From assembly GCA_965153285.1 (NCBI GenBank), contig OZ229118.1: a stretch of DNA of 64,000 nt. The stretch is one strand, 5' to 3'. This DNA is from Podarcis tiliguerta (lineage: Eukaryota). Position numbers and translations under genes: made by a program. Shown here piece after piece: positions 34,980 to 49,175 of this stretch (positions within the stretch are counted from its first letter, which is position 1; each line of letters begins with the position of its first letter). The notes below the pieces were generated by a model that searched no databases, was not told the origin of the DNA, and worked only from the letters and a program-made list of their open reading frames with translations.

Positions 34980-37900
34980 TGAGATGAATAACTTGCTTCC
35001 TATACACAACTTCTTTAATGTACACATGTATCAGGTAGAAACAATGACCCAGTTCACACAGAACAGGCCAAACCGAACATGTATGTTCCTGTGTAAGAGA
35101 TCATAGCCACTTTGCTCTTCCTCCAGTCCTCCTACTGTGAGCAAAACTATGGGTTGGTTTGAGCATGTTGTTCAAAATTGGTCACTCTAGATAAACCATA
35201 GACAAATGTCTCCAAAAGTGTCCCACTGTCTAACAAATCTAAGCCCTCTTTCCCAGTGGCTCCATGTCATGCATTGAGACCCTGAAGTTCTGCCTCTCTA
35301 GCTAGCATGTGGAACAAGTAGAATTTCTGAAAATCCTTCATTGCAGATTCTAGACTTCAGCATTTTAGATAGCAACGTAAATTTGGCCTGCACAACTCAG
35401 TATTGTATTTTTCAATATTAGTTGGGCTTCCTGTGTACCATACCATAGACTCCTTTCCTTTATCAGCCTCCCTAGATAGGTCATATATCTGTTTTCCTGA
35501 TACTATTAATGACAATTCTGTCTTTGTTCCTTAAATTATGTCTTTGTTGCTGAAATTCTCTGACCTCATAACTAAGTTACTACTGCTGCCAGTAAAATTA
35601 ATTATCATAAGATTTTTTTTTCTCATTCACACTGATCAAGACTGTAAAATGTGCAATGTAAATTAGGGCATCAGTGAGTTCATGTCCCAAGAAACTAATT
35701 TAAAAATCCCCTCTGGATTTATTGTGAATTTCAAAATAGTCTCTTTTGATGCAGTGCTAGAGGTTCTAGGAGAATTATAGCCAAAGTAACTACTGTTTGG
35801 AAAATACAAGCAACGTGATTCCAAAAATAGGCAAATGTTTAATACAAAAGCATTGTTTAGCTTCATATGTGAAGCTCAAATATCTTTTGAGCATTTCTTG
35901 AAATATATATATTCAAACATGGTTGCTAAAGTGAGAGAAGCTTTTGTAATTTGAATGACTCTTCTGACCTGCTTGACATTTGCATTACAAACCAATATAA
36001 GCAACAACAGTAACAAAAACAAATAAAAATGTTAAGCTGTATGTAAGGAAATGACCTTTAGGCTTTGTCAAAACATTATATTGAATGTGTTATATTAGAT
36101 GAAAGTGGAAACTATAGTTAATTGGAAATTTACTCATTTACTCACAGCCTGTGGCAAAAGGAGAAGGGAAGGGATTGCACACAAAACAAAAAGTTTTGTT
36201 CATACTTCTGCTTTGTAGGCCAAGTTTTGTTCATCTGATCACAACCTCTATGACAGAATTGGCCTTTGTTTCCTCTAATCTGGTAAATCAGTTTAAGTTT
36301 TGAATATGATTAGAGGCTTATCAGGCATAACTTACAATATTGTGTTTTCGATTCTGATGGTCAGTAATGCAGCAGTATTATTAATGGCCCACAAACATGT
36401 TTTTAAAATTGATTCTTTTCTAGAAGTGTGTGAACATTTAAAAATACAGAAAATTTAAAAAGATATATAGGTAAGCAAATTATGAATATTAATTCCAGGA
36501 TACTTCATTTGGTTGTGTAGATTTTTTTCTTTTCTTGTGCTTTATTTGGTTGAAAGACAAGAGATACTATACTTTAAGGAAAACAAAACAAAAGGTCGAA
36601 AACCTGAATAAGAAATGGAAGAAACAGCCTATCTGTAATAGAGCTATGAAAGCCATCCCTGACTGAGGTGAGATGAAAGCATCCATGAAAATAGCCATAA
36701 AACAGTACTTTCATACATCATATTGAAATTATTTCAGTACTGTGCTTTATTAGATTAAAATCAAAGACCTGTTTGCATGTTTTAGAAAGTGTATGCTGCC
36801 CTCCACCATATGCAAAGCAGGCCATGTTTGCATAAGTTTAATAAGTGCACTTTCTGCTAAAAAAATAAGGTGGAAAATAGTCTGTAATATCCTACATGTG
36901 TGAGGGGAGGAGATAGTTGCTTTTCTCCTCTTCTGGATCTGCTAAAGTAAATCAAACCATTGCTTTACTTACTGTATAGTCCAGACTCAGGCTGGTAGTT
37001 TGTCATTTTGCTCACTTGTATAACTGCTTGCTTGGATAAGTGATCTGCATCCATGAGCTGTGTAATGTAGAGGGAATTTGACCAATAGCATGATCAGAAA
37101 AACAAAATCTGAGATTTTCTTCTTAATAGAACTAAACAGTGCACATTTACTCCCCCAACATTATATAACTTCTAATGTTCCATTGCTCATGAGAATGGGC
37201 AGCTTGCTCAGCCAGTTATGTCAGCTAGGTAGCATAAGAACTGCCTGAGTTGAGAAATACCAGTAAATGTGCTCACTTTATGCTGCACTGCAAATTTGTT
37301 TTTACTAATACCAAACTAAATTTAGAAATACATATACCGTACTTAGATTAGAGTTGTAAATCTGAACCTCCTGAAGGTGATCTGCAGAATAAATAGAAAT
37401 GAAGAGAATCCAAATAAAGAGAAATGCCAGGGCTAGCATTCTAAACAGGCAGCCAAGAAATATATGTCTCTGCCCTCTATTAAAGATAAAAGGATTTTGC
37501 AGTTAGGGTTTTGGAAACTTTGCTTGTGTAAGTTGCCTCAAGAACATCTAGCAAAAATGCCTTAGCAAAAGAGCTAAGGAGTTAACAGTAAATCATAATC
37601 CCCTTTACAAGTGCATACTCCATTGTAATGGAATGGATGGCAAGGTTTGATATACTATTTTCCCAAGTATTATAACTAGGTGCTGTATATTTAATTAGAA
37701 ACTGATCTAGAGCGGCTTTCACATAACAAGGTACTACAGGTGAAAAAGTACTCATAACTGCACTGAGAGACAAATGCCAATGAACATGGCTAGTAGGGCT
37801 ATGGTGCATGGAGCCCATTGGCCTACATCTGGTGCATCTATGATCCACTGAACCTATAGCATAATCCATGTGGGTTACTTGGTTTGTCAGTGTGCAGTAT

Positions 37901-40900
37901 CTCTGCATCTGCTTTTTATGGAGGAGTTGTCCCCACAATGAGAATTCGTGCATCTACAGTTTTCCACATGTCCAAGGCCTGCTGTCAGTTACCTAGACAG
38001 GAACCCCACACTTTGGAGGGTTTGGCTCCAAATGTTCCGTGTGTACGTGAAAATCACGTTCTGTATAATCCAATCCTAGGAGCTGTCCTGTGGCTAGAAG
38101 CTGTGTGAGAGAGAGCACCCTCCCCAGCACTCCCAGAGTTGGCGTACCAAGCTGGCCTTGCCCAGCAAGCAAGGCAAAGAGCTTAAAAGCAGACACAGTA
38201 GGGGAAGAAAGGTTTTCAGCTGCCCACATTTCTTGGCACTTGACTTGTGCAATTTCAGCTAGCCATGTGAGGTTGAAATTGAGCAAGTCAAATTCACGTA
38301 TGATGCAGGATTACTGTATAAAAAGGTTACTCACACCAATATATACACAAATTCTCTCCCAAAGCTGTGAACAAGAAAACAAAACATATTCTTGTATTTT
38401 TATAAGGTTTTAGGAAGCTTTAATAAATTTATGCATGCTTGATACTTCACACTTTAGCCTGTGTTCAAAGCTGTTTCTGTAAAGAGAATATTGTCAGTGA
38501 CTATTCATTCTCATTTCCCACTTTTTTGGAGCTGTTTTTCTATCCCCTTGTCTTGAATTTTTATGATCAGTTTAACTAAGCAGCTATATTCCAGAAAATG
38601 CTCTAAAGCACTAGTTTTAAGTCACTAATATTGCATGTTGAATTTGAACTGTGTTCCTAATGGCTGAAAAACACTTCAAGAGTTCCCCTTCACCATTTGG
38701 AAGACTCTCTGATTGCCTGTGGAAAGCCCAAGGGCAATTATGAGTTATGGTCAGCAGCTGTGTATGCCTAGGTTCTTAGCAGGGCTGGTCTTAATCAGCC
38801 TTAGACGATGAACTTCCTTGTATTCAGCTGCAAAGTAGTGCTCCTTCTCACCAGTACAAAATGGGAGTTTGCCTGCATTTGGAGGTTCATAGTGAGCAAG
38901 ATCCTCTTTTTCTGTACAGGAAGCATAGTGTCCCTTGTGCAAGATATACTGCTTCCTTTTAATGGGGAAGGCTGTATTGGAGAAAATATAGGAGGCATGT
39001 ACATATGCTTGCCTATGTGTTTTGTCCTTACATCAGTAATTGTAATGGTGGAGTCAAGATTTCTGTTGGCTGTTAGTGTCTGCAATTCCGAGGAGGAGCA
39101 CTTAGAAGGATTCTGAGAAGACCAGGGTTAGTAATATTTCTTTCTTTATTAGTGCATAATGTTTGTTTCTGAGAACTGTTCCCTTTTTCTGCAAGTGCCC
39201 TTTCACCAGAGTTCCTATCACTAAGCCCCCCAATGTTTTCTAAGTTCTGTAGACACAATTATGAATGAAAGAACCCTCTGCCATTTACCTAATGCATTAT
39301 TTGTATATTTCACTTTATATCTTTCTTGTGGTACACTGATTGGCTGCATGGTTAGGACTGTGTTAGAGTTGGGGAAACTATAGATTGAGCTGGTGTAATT
39401 TTACATTGCCAGAGATAAGACTGACCTGGGTTTCAGCATAGGACTCTGACTATGTCTAGTTCCTCACCTGCCACACTGGATTGCCACTTACTTTTTCTAC
39501 CCTCAGGCTTGTACAATTATACTGGTATAATGGTTGTGCTGGCATAATATAATTCTGGTGCTGCACCAGCATAAATCTGCAGTGGACGTGCATTGTATCA
39601 TATTGCACCAACTCAGGGATAGCATTGCACTTAAACCCCACACACATCCAAAAAATGGTTGTTTCTTTATCTTTCTTTCTTTTTAACAGTGTACTTGATG
39701 TGATTTGGGAGGATTTAATGGCTAAACCTTCAGCTCAGAATGAAAGGAAAGTGAAATGGCTCTACTATAGCTTTGAATATTGAAAGTTTTTTCTGATAGA
39801 TTAAAATAGGCCTCCATTAGAGGGAGTTATACATTCATCATTAAATGTATCTGAAAGGTTTTCAAAACATCATAGGTGCTGTAGATTATCTCTTGGCAGC
39901 TGCAGAGCATTTCTAGAATAAATTCTTCTCCATTCTGTCCCATAATACTCAGGGTAGATCTGAAATGCTCCCTCCACCCCTCGGTTACAAGTACCATGCT
40001 CACATTTCTGCTCTAAACATCGAGAAAGTACAAAATGATTAAAAGGTGTTGCATTATATTGCATTTCTGTATGCTATTAGTGAGATTTAGAGAAGGAAGC
40101 AATATTTTAGTCATCTTCCTGCTCCCTCCTTTCTTTGATTTGGCCATGTTACTTCTAGTCGGGTTATTTTGGGAAATGGCTACTTTGCTTATATTCCCAA
40201 AATAAGATTAATAGCTGCAAGTCCAATGTAATCTCAGTGGGAGCTGATCATGGCCATACCCATTCCCACAAAGTACTCACATAAAGTTTAGAGGAGCAGA
40301 CACACAGTACACCAGAATTATTTTGACACCCTGTCAGAAGCTGCCGCACCAAATCCCTCAAACTTATTTTTTCATGGTACACTCTTCTGAATTAAGGCAA
40401 ACATAGGTGAGCTATTCACAGGAGTAATTCAATTATAGCCAGCAGTGTAACCTGCCCGATGTCGGTGGCTATTATCCTAGGCAAGCTTAAATGCATTGCA
40501 TTTCCAATCCTCTGGTTCCATTGTGACATTGCTTTCTGTTAGTTGCCTTGGCGGCTAGTGCTAAAGAGGAAAGTCTCCTACTTGAAAATATAGTATAAAA
40601 CTAGCCTGAAGGAGCAGGTCTCTATGTGCATTAATATGCAATAAAACACTTCAAGGTATGTTGTAAATGCACTGGTAGGTGCATTATAGCACTCAGGCTT
40701 GTGCCTAACAGCCTGCCTAAAAACACATCTATCACTAGGCTGAAAACATACCCATTGAATGTTAGTTTAATGTAGATGGTTCTGGTTGTGCAAGAAGTAG
40801 TAGCTGTGAAATATGGAATACATTTCCTTGAGTTACAAAACTCTTTTCCCTAGAAGTGGAAATAAATTACACATTTCACAGCAATTCATGTTACAGTTCT

Positions 40901-41744
40901 CTCTTCCTCTCTCTCTTTATAAATACAAACCAAGAGCATTTATTTATATATTTTTTACTTTTTTACCATATTAAAATTGTAAAATTGAAATCGTGACAAA
41001 GGCGGACAGAAATGGGTGATCACATTGTGGCAACTGAATTTATCATTGAAATTGATAGGTCATCAAGCATTTTAGGATTTTAAGAGGCGGCTGTCATGTG
41101 ACATAACTAGGGCTCCAAATACTTTTGAGGCCTCTGGAAGTGAAAGGCATCAAAGTGTTTCTAAGGTTGCAGGCGCAAAGGGATTTGGAGGGAACGGTGC
41201 CAGGAAGGTGTATTTGTGGTTCATCGTGGAGCAGGCAGACAAGAGGGAAGCAGGAGATGGCCCATAAATGATGGAGGCTTTTAGGACATTGAGTAGGAAG
41301 TGAATAAATTGCTTTGGAGTTTTTGAAGCATGGCAGGCAGAAGAGTTGAGAGAAATGGTGAGATAGTAGTTATATTAGAAGACAGGTGAGTGTGTTGCAT
41401 TTCAATGGGGATAAAAGTTAAAGCATTTCAGAATGGTGTGAAATAGGGAATCTAGAAATCTGTTTTTGGCCTTAACAAATAGGCTTCTTAAATTAGAAGA
41501 GAGTGCAGGAAAAATTGAAACTGGTAGGTTGCTGGAGTGATCACAAAGCTCTATAGAGGCAGGACAGAAAGTAAGTGTGCACTGTTCAAAGAACTGCAAA
41601 CTTACGACCAAAATTATTGAATCATTTTCCAACTTTCTTCTGCATACTAGGCAGACAAATACATAGCTTTAAAGAGCAGCAGCAGCTGAACTCACAGATC
41701 CAGACCTTTGCTTCTATAATGTTTAGTGCAAATAACTCCAATGT

Positions 41745-42067
41745 TAGGGTGGCCATATGTCCTCTTTTTCCAGGACACACCCTCTTTTTCATGGGTAGGG
41801 TCGTCATAGCGATCCATAGTTAAAAGTAGAAGTTGGCAAATGTGTCCTCTTTTTTGGTCTTCAAAATACGGTAGGGCTGCCAGACGTCTGGGTTTTTCCG
41901 GACACATCTAGGAATCACTCAGAAAAATCCGGGCGGATTTTTGCTGAATTGATAAAATGTCTGGGAAGACCCAGACGTATGGCAAGTCGGGCTATCTTTA
42001 TTTTTAAAATCTTTTTAAAAATCAAAAGAAAGCCCCAAAACAAACAAACACCTATATGGCAACCCTA
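41745..42067. mobile_element. Composite of two hAT (Tip100/Blackjack-like) non-autonomous elements
   Basis: Left ends tagggtggccatatgtcc (41745) and tagggctgccagacgtc (41872), and one right end tatggcaacccta (42055-42067). Subterminal gtcc/ggac repeats. No clean TSD. Confidence 0.6.
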
Positions 42068-42791
42068 TAAATATCAAGGTTTTACATGGAAATTAAATGG
42101 AAATGACTATTGTATACTAGTTTTGAAAAGCACATCAACATACAAAGTCTATTCAAGCATTTCTAATAGCAAGAGATGTTTGAAATACCTACTGCATTAG
42201 AGAGAACAGAGTGGATTTTTCCTTTCTCTGAGAACTTGTACACTTTTACAGATAGGGCTGCTTTGTTGGTGGTCTTTACCAATTCTTGTTGGTTAAGTAT
42301 AATGTTGTTTCTTCAGGAAAGCCAATTTTCTGTGCCAGACCACTATACAAAACCATATATTATTATTTCAGGATGTCTGCAAATACCTTACTGTGGGTGG
42401 GATTTCTTGCAGTTCTGTGCAGACATGTTAGGCTGCCTCTTCTATTTTTTATTTCATTTTCCATTTTCAGATAAATCCCTTGTTGCTACATAAGCATCAA
42501 TTTCTAATTAAAAAATATGCTACTTAAACAGAAGGTACTGGCACTATAGGAATAAGAGCCAAAAACTTAAGTCCAAGCCTCCAGGTCACTTGGAGGCTGT
42601 TGTATTATGGAGATTAGACAGTATGGAAGCACTGCTGGCTGTAGCTGTGTAGGCAACTGGTTCCCTGCCAGATAAAAGCCAATGTGCAGCAGCTGCTAGC
42701 AGACGAAAATGTGAGAAAATGGCAGGTTATGAAAGAGAGAGCAAGTGGACTGATGGGATTCCAGTGGAAGAATTGTAAAAGGTTCCCGCCC

Positions 42792-42861
42792 CCATACTGC
42801 CCTGAGCCCGGTCATGGCTGGGGAGGGTGGGGTATAAATAAAATTTTATTATTATTATTAC
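42792..42861 (+). mobile_element. Extreme 3' tail of an L2-type LINE
   Basis: ctgccctgagcccggtcatggctggggagggtggggtataaataaaatt plus (tta)n. Near-identical to 44500-44570. Confidence 0.65.
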
Positions 42862-42914
42862 TATATGTAGAAGTCAGAAAATGCATATGGACTACTGCTG
42901 TAATTTATTTTATT

Positions 42915-43790
42915 TTTTAAAAAATATTTTTATTGAAAGTTTTCAACATAGCATAGAAGAAAAACCAAATTAATCTAAATAAAAAGAATAAAAGAAGACA
43001 AAAAGAAAAATAAAGACATAAAGAAGCAGGAAAAGATGAGAAAAGAAAAAATGAATGCAAAAGCTCTTTCGCAATTATATCAAATCCTTTTTTCCATGCA
43101 CAGAAAGTAGACCTTTCCACCTGTTACCTGGGAGCATATCTTTCTTCCCCTGTCTCCCACCCTTGGAGAGCCTTTCTACCCTGCCTCTCACACAGAGCCC
43201 CTCATCTTCGATCTGTCACCTTCCTATGTATATTTTCATCAATCCAATTCTAAGAGCTAAAAACAAAAGCAGATAGCCTAAAAAGAAAAAAAGAGGGGCT
43301 TCCGATTCTCTATTTGTCAATTATAGTATATATAATAACAATCATTCAAAATATTCAAAGCATTCACCACAGGATAACACAGAGCTGTATATTATATAGA
43401 TGCTTATCAATCTACCAGGCATAATTCTTCCCTGGCATCACAAATTCACCTTTTTCCACTCAAAATGTCCAGAAGTATGGTAATTCTTAAATTTTTATTC
43501 TCCAAGATTGTCCTTCCCCAGTCTAGTTTAATAAATTTCTCTCCAAGGATTCCATCTTGATACTAGTCCTTCTTTTTCTGCTTTTTCCAATTCTTTCCAG
43601 CATCAGTCATCAGAGGCTTAGAAACTTCTTGTCTTGCAGTTGTCTTCTTGAACTAAATTGTCTTCTGCCCTCGCCTCCTGTCTATCCCAATCATAAAGTC
43701 CATCAGCAAACCAGCTTTCCTTGTTTGTTTTGGTCTTTCAGGCAGCTGCAAGGCCGATGTCTCCTGTAGCTCTCTACATTCCTGCAACTC
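42915..43790 (-). mobile_element. Probable L1-clade or L1-derived remnant
   Basis: Minus strand ends aaaactttcaataaaaa (polyA signal and A tail) after a T-rich 3' UTR, and the body is purine-rich on the minus strand. No convincing protein motif. Confidence 0.35.
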
Positions 43791-44411
43791 TCATATGGCA
43801 GGTCCTGGGCATTCTCCTGTTCAAGAATGTTTCTCTTGAAATTTTATGCATTTTGGCTCTTAGTTCTACAAGCTACTCATTCAATATTGAAATAAATGCA
43901 TTTTTTTTTGCAAAATACTATGCTAATCTTGAAACTTTTAAGGAATTATCACAATTACTTCAAGTTTTAGATTCTTAATTCTCATTTTAAAAGCAAGGTG
44001 GCATCACACAATTTGAATCTTCCTAGTTGAAAGTGTGTGTTGATCTAAGACCCTAAAGTATGGACTCAAGAAAATAATTTGTCCTTAAGCACTTAACCAG
44101 CAGTCCTGTTTCATGTTCCAATATGATAACAAAAGTATGTATGCTTCATTTGTACAATAACTGTCTCTTTTATTAAACATCTGATGCCTGTGTGCCCTTT
44201 TTCTCTGAAGTCCACTGATTAACTGATGCTATCTTCACATGTGCTCAAAGCCTAGGGGCAATTAACTGATTAAAACTGTTTTCAGATCATGAAAAACATA
44301 ACTGTTCAGGTTTTAGTTTTGGGATATGAACTGAGTGAGTTTCTTTGTATCATACATAATATGTTTTGGGGGATGGGGGTGGTTGTGATTCAGACAGATC
44401 AACCTCATGTG

Positions 44412-44570
44412 AAGAGGCTGCATCCTAATGTTTTAATGTTGTATTTTAATCTTTTTTTAAATTGTTTTTTAATCAACTTGTTTTTATTATTGGTTGTTAG
44501 CCGCCCTGAGCCCAGTCTTGGCTGGGGAGGGTGGGGTATAAATAAAAAGTTAGTATTATTATTATTATTT
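44412..44570 (+). mobile_element. L2-type LINE 3' UTR and tail
   Basis: T-rich UTR, then gttagccgccctgagcccagtcttggctggggagggtggggtataaataaaa plus (tta)n. Confidence 0.7.
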
Positions 44571-44786
44571 GAATAATGTCATTAAAATCTGAGACATTAG
44601 TCACATTGTCATTAACATATTATAAATGTAACAAAATTATATGGGAGCAGCATGTGTCTATGAATATTACAGTAACCAGAGTAGAATTCCTGCTTCTTTG
44701 GGTAGGAGAAGGCATTTTGGCTTGGGTGGTCGCATATACATCCTTTAAAAAGAAAAAATGCATCACCAAAGAAGTGTACATATCTG

Positions 44787-44790
<4 letters not shown>

Positions 44791-44818
<28 letters not shown>
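44791..44818. repeat. (TG)14 microsatellite
   Basis: Read directly from the sequence. Confidence 0.95.
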
Positions 44819-44822
<4 letters not shown>

Positions 44823-45200
44823 CACAGGCACAAATTTTGAACTAATAATATAATAGCAATACAACCATAGATGTAAAGTCCTGCATTCCTGCTCATTGTG
44901 CTGTCTGGATCCAAATTGTTGATGAGCAGTAACAACCCTGCTCACTATTCCTAGATTCTCTATCTTTAAACTTAACTTGGAATCATAGAGTTTGAAGGCT
45001 AGACAGTCATTCACATAGAAGACAGAGGTGTGTCCTCTCAATTTTGTTTTATTTTTAAGGAGTAGGAAACATGGCTCTCACATTTAAAAAAATAAACTAA
45101 AAACCCAGTTCTGTCATTTTATTAAAAAGTATCCGGTTTCAAAAAATTAAAAAAAGAAAAGAAAATATTACTGCGCCCCACATCGCTAAATTTGTAATCT

Positions 45201-45545
45201 GCGGGTGGCGCTGTGGGTTAAACCACAGAGCCTAGGACTTGCCAATCAGAAGGTTCGCAGTTTGAATCCTCGCGATGGGGTGAGCTCCTGTTGCTTGGTC
45301 CCTGCTCCTGCCAACCTAGCAGTTTGAAAGCATGTCAAAGTGCAAGTAGATAAATAGGTACCGCTCCAGTGGGAAGGTAAATGGCGTTTCCGTGTGCTGC
45401 TCTGGTTCTCCAGAAGCGGCTTAGTCATGCTGGCCACATGACCTGGAAGCTGTACACCGGCTCCCTCGGCCAGTAAAGCGAGATGAGCACAGCAACCCCA
45501 GAGTCGGTCACAACTGGACCTAATGGTCAGGGGTCCCTTTACCTT
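45201..45545 (+). mobile_element. Sauria SINE (Squam1)
   Basis: gcgggtggcgctgtgggttaaaccacagagcctagg ... ggtcaggggtccctttacctt, collinear with 12677-13026. No clear TSD. Confidence 0.95.
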
Positions 45546-45573
45546 CATCCTGCATGATGATACCTTCCATTTT

Positions 45574-45602
45574 CAAAACAAAACAAAACAAAACAAAACA
45601 AC
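45574..45602. repeat. (AAAAC)n short tandem repeat
   Basis: Read directly from the sequence, about 5-6 units. Confidence 0.85.
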
Positions 45603-48600
45603 ACCCACCTTCATCTTTCATTTCTTCTGCAGTGGAGCAGCTTCTTCCTTCTGTTCCTGCACTGACAGCTGAAAACAATTAATTTCACTATTTTCATTGC
45701 TTTTTAGTATTTCCCTTACCCACCTTCTCTGTCTTAAGTGTTTTTTTTTTCTTTTCATCTTCTGCGTCCTCCATCTTTGCTATCTAAAAGCTTTCTTTTG
45801 GTGAACTTGTAACAGCTTAACTCTTGTGCAGTTCTTCAGTGACAATTGGTTTTATTTTTCAGAAAACAATCCTTTTAGACATTGTTTATGGAATATTACA
45901 GCTTCAGTGAAACACTGCTCTACCTTCTGAACTGCATCTTCTTTGGTCTCTCTTTCTATCAAAGCCTAATTCTTTTCTTTCATCACTATGTAGCCTTTTA
46001 CTTTGCTGAAGTGCTATGCTGGTTTCTTAACATAATTGTTAGGCAAATTACTCAGGTGGACCAAGTGCCCTAGGTTATTGTCTGATGATTCTTTTCCCTT
46101 CATGTTTGTTTGCGTTTCTGGGAGCAGGATTTGTAGAATTTTGTAATCTGAAAAGATGTTTTGATGGGGTGGAGATGTCCCATTGCCAGTGAAGGGCCCT
46201 GCTTGCACCTGCTGAAACTGCAAGCAGGCAGAAGCTACTCCTGACAGTATACTCATTGGCAGTATGTAAGACACTTGAAACGTGGCATGTATGGAGCAGG
46301 GAGGGGCATAGAGATGAGCCAGCCAAGCATCCATCGGATCCTAAACTAGCCTGGAGCTAGCACAAACAGTATCAGCACAAATACTGCCCACCCACCTTTC
46401 TCTCTGGCTGGCAATAGCAGCAGTAGCTTTGCTGTTCCATTCAGCCTTGCTGCTCCCAGATGGGAGTTTGGATTCTACCGTCATTGTTGGTTGTATTCAT
46501 CATTAGAGTTAGCAGGCATATTCCAGATAGTGCACTAGTGAGGATAAACTTTTGGTAAATCGAAAGAGTCTAAATCACCAGAATTTCACACCAAGAGAGA
46601 ATTCTTAGGGATCTATGCATTCTAATTTGCTGGAGTGTCTGGATCATACTTTGGAGCACTGAGAGTGTAATCAAAACTCCCAGCTAGGAGCAGTGAGGCT
46701 GAATGGATTTTGTGGAATACCCGTTTAGTTGAGATTAGACAGGCCCATTTCCTGTTGAATTTCAGGTACCTGACAAGGACCTTACTACTTCAGCACGCAT
46801 TTAATAAAGTTTTGTGAATTATTGTGATTCATTTTACAATCTTATGTATGCTTCTTAGATCCTACAGTAATTAAGTGTTGTATAAATACATTAAATAAAT
46901 ATGTGGGGAGGCAAACATCTCTCCAGGGTATGACTGAAGTTCACTGATGGTCAGAACTGTCGCCTGCCCATCTCCCTGGTACTCTGAATACACAGGCAGT
47001 AGGTGTCTGCTTCCACAGTGAATTATAATTTGTATATTCTGGAGATAGGCTCCACCACAAGACAGACTCTCATATCCCTTTTTTAAATTTAGTTAACTTA
47101 GCTGTATTTTATTAAGCATGAAGTGCTCTGGTTAATCCTTTTAGGAAATGCTGGTCTAGCAGACGGGGAGGCATGACAAAATGAGAAAGTGCCACCCTGT
47201 GCCTGCCCCCATCAAAGCCCTGCTTACCAGGGGTGTGGGGCAGTGGCTCCTAGGTTCCAATGAGAACTCCTAGAGCCCTGCAAGAGCTTGCAAGAGCTCA
47301 CAGGGCTCTGGCCAGGTCTCACCAGAACCTTGAAGTTGCCACCACTACTTCTCACTTCTATGGCAGGACCACCCTGTTGCCTTATTAATGACTGGCTAGA
47401 AACACCAAGGAAGTCACTGTCAGTATATCAGTCACATATAGATCCAAGCTAGGTAATTCCTATTTGAAGTTGACTCTTGGCATCCTTTGGTATTGTGTAT
47501 ATTTTGTATCAGAGATGTCTAAGAAGAAAATTCACACTAAAAAGCTAGGCATTTCAAACAGATACTGCCAAGAAAAGGGTTCAATAAAGCCCATAGGTTA
47601 TTCTTCAGCACAGAGTCTTTGAGGAGCTTGGGGGCACTGAATCAGAGATTCACCTCTTCTTTTGCTCTCAGAATGGGTAATAACGAAGCTGAACTATTCC
47701 GAAACAAGCCAAGCTGAAAGGTCAGTCCCTAACTATTTCCCTCCATCTGCTCCAATTTGGAAGCACGGCAGACTAGGCTCCATACATGCAGTGTTTGCTT
47801 CAGTGGAATCCTTTCCTGTACTGCTTCATTCCACTGACTTTTCACTTGGAACACTGTGGATAATTGGTGAATCATTCCGTAGAAGAAAATTCCTTCCCCA
47901 CTTTCAGATCTCAGTATCACAAAGTGCTTTTGAAATTTCCAAACTCAGTGGGGAACTAGGCTGTTTTTCAGGGAAAATAAGATAACTGCCCCACTGTCTG
48001 TATTTAAGCCTTTAGCTGCACCTAAAGGGCTCACTGGATCATAGCCATGGACAAAAGAACCACTGAGTGAATGTAATTTATGGAATGCAACTGGTCTTTT
48101 ACTAGTACTGGGAGGTTGCGCTTGGAAATTCATCTGGAACGAGGCCTCAGCACAGGGTTTTTCAAAACCAGATTTCCCAACTGCACAAATTCCCCATCAG
48201 AAACTCCACCCTAAAAAAACCAAAATGAACACAAAGCATTCTTTGCTCCTTGTTTACATCCTGTATGAGTGGTGGCTTCTCCACAGGAGTCGTTATTATC
48301 TACTGTGCAATAATTAGCAGGACAATCCAATGGCCCTTGCATTGAGGTAAACTCCAACTCAATGGCACACTGTTGCAAGGGCTACTGGGTCATCCTGAAA
48401 GTTATCTGTCTAGTCCTGCTGCCTCATCAACTTTGGTGTCTCTCAAATACCTGACTTCTCCAGTTTTCACCAAGTATGCCTGTTAAGCACAGCTCAGCTG
48501 CTGGCTTAAACTGGTCCATTTTATGCCACAGTCAATAGGATCTGCTCTGCAGACTTTCAATGCTGATTGCTGTTAACTCACAGAAGAAACAGGACAACTC

Positions 48601-48988
48601 CTGACACCATATGGTATTATTATTTGGGTGTTTTCTTGTCCAGCCCTTCAGCAGAACTTAGCCCTGCTTCTACTAAGTTCTTATAGATTCACTGTTCATT
48701 CTATCTCAGTTTAGAAAAATATTGTAGGATCAGTAAGAACTCTTCTTAAGAGCCTGCAGGTTCCTTCTCCTACACTTCCAACCATCTATATTTCCCAACT
48801 GAGCACAAAAAGATCCCTGTCTCAGCAACAGAAAAGCTAAAGAACAGGGAGAGAAGATAGCTAAAGATAAGTGACCTAGAAAAGAGAGGATGAGCAGGAC
48901 TGATGGATGTGGTAACAGTGGGCTAGATGGTCTATAAGCCTGGTTCATTTGTGCTCAGCAAGCACCGGAATACAACTTTTAGAGGAAA

Positions 48989-49175
48989 GGCCATGGCTTA
49001 GCGGTAGAATGCATTCTTTGGGTCCAAAAGGCCCTAGATTCAGTCTGTGGGATCTCCCAAGTAGATCAGGAAAAGACTTTCGTTTGAAACTCTGGAAAGC
49101 TACTGGTATATGGTATACACAAATATTGAGGCAGATGGACCAATTTTCAGACTCAATAGAAGGCAGCTTCATGTG
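48989..49175 (+). mobile_element. Old tRNA-derived SINE (Squam2-like)
   Basis: Degenerate A box tggcttagcggtaga, B box-like agattcagtc, and tail gatggaccaat...gactcaatagaaggcagcttcatgtg. Confidence 0.55.

Noticed and set aside
36424-36470. Segment between ttttctag and TAG|gtaagc
   Set aside because: Stops in all three frames and low-complexity A-rich sequence, likely a pseudo-exon.
41100-41560. Possible ancient L2 RT fragment on the minus strand
   Set aside because: Only purine bias and a vague NY.PISL-like match, too degraded to support.
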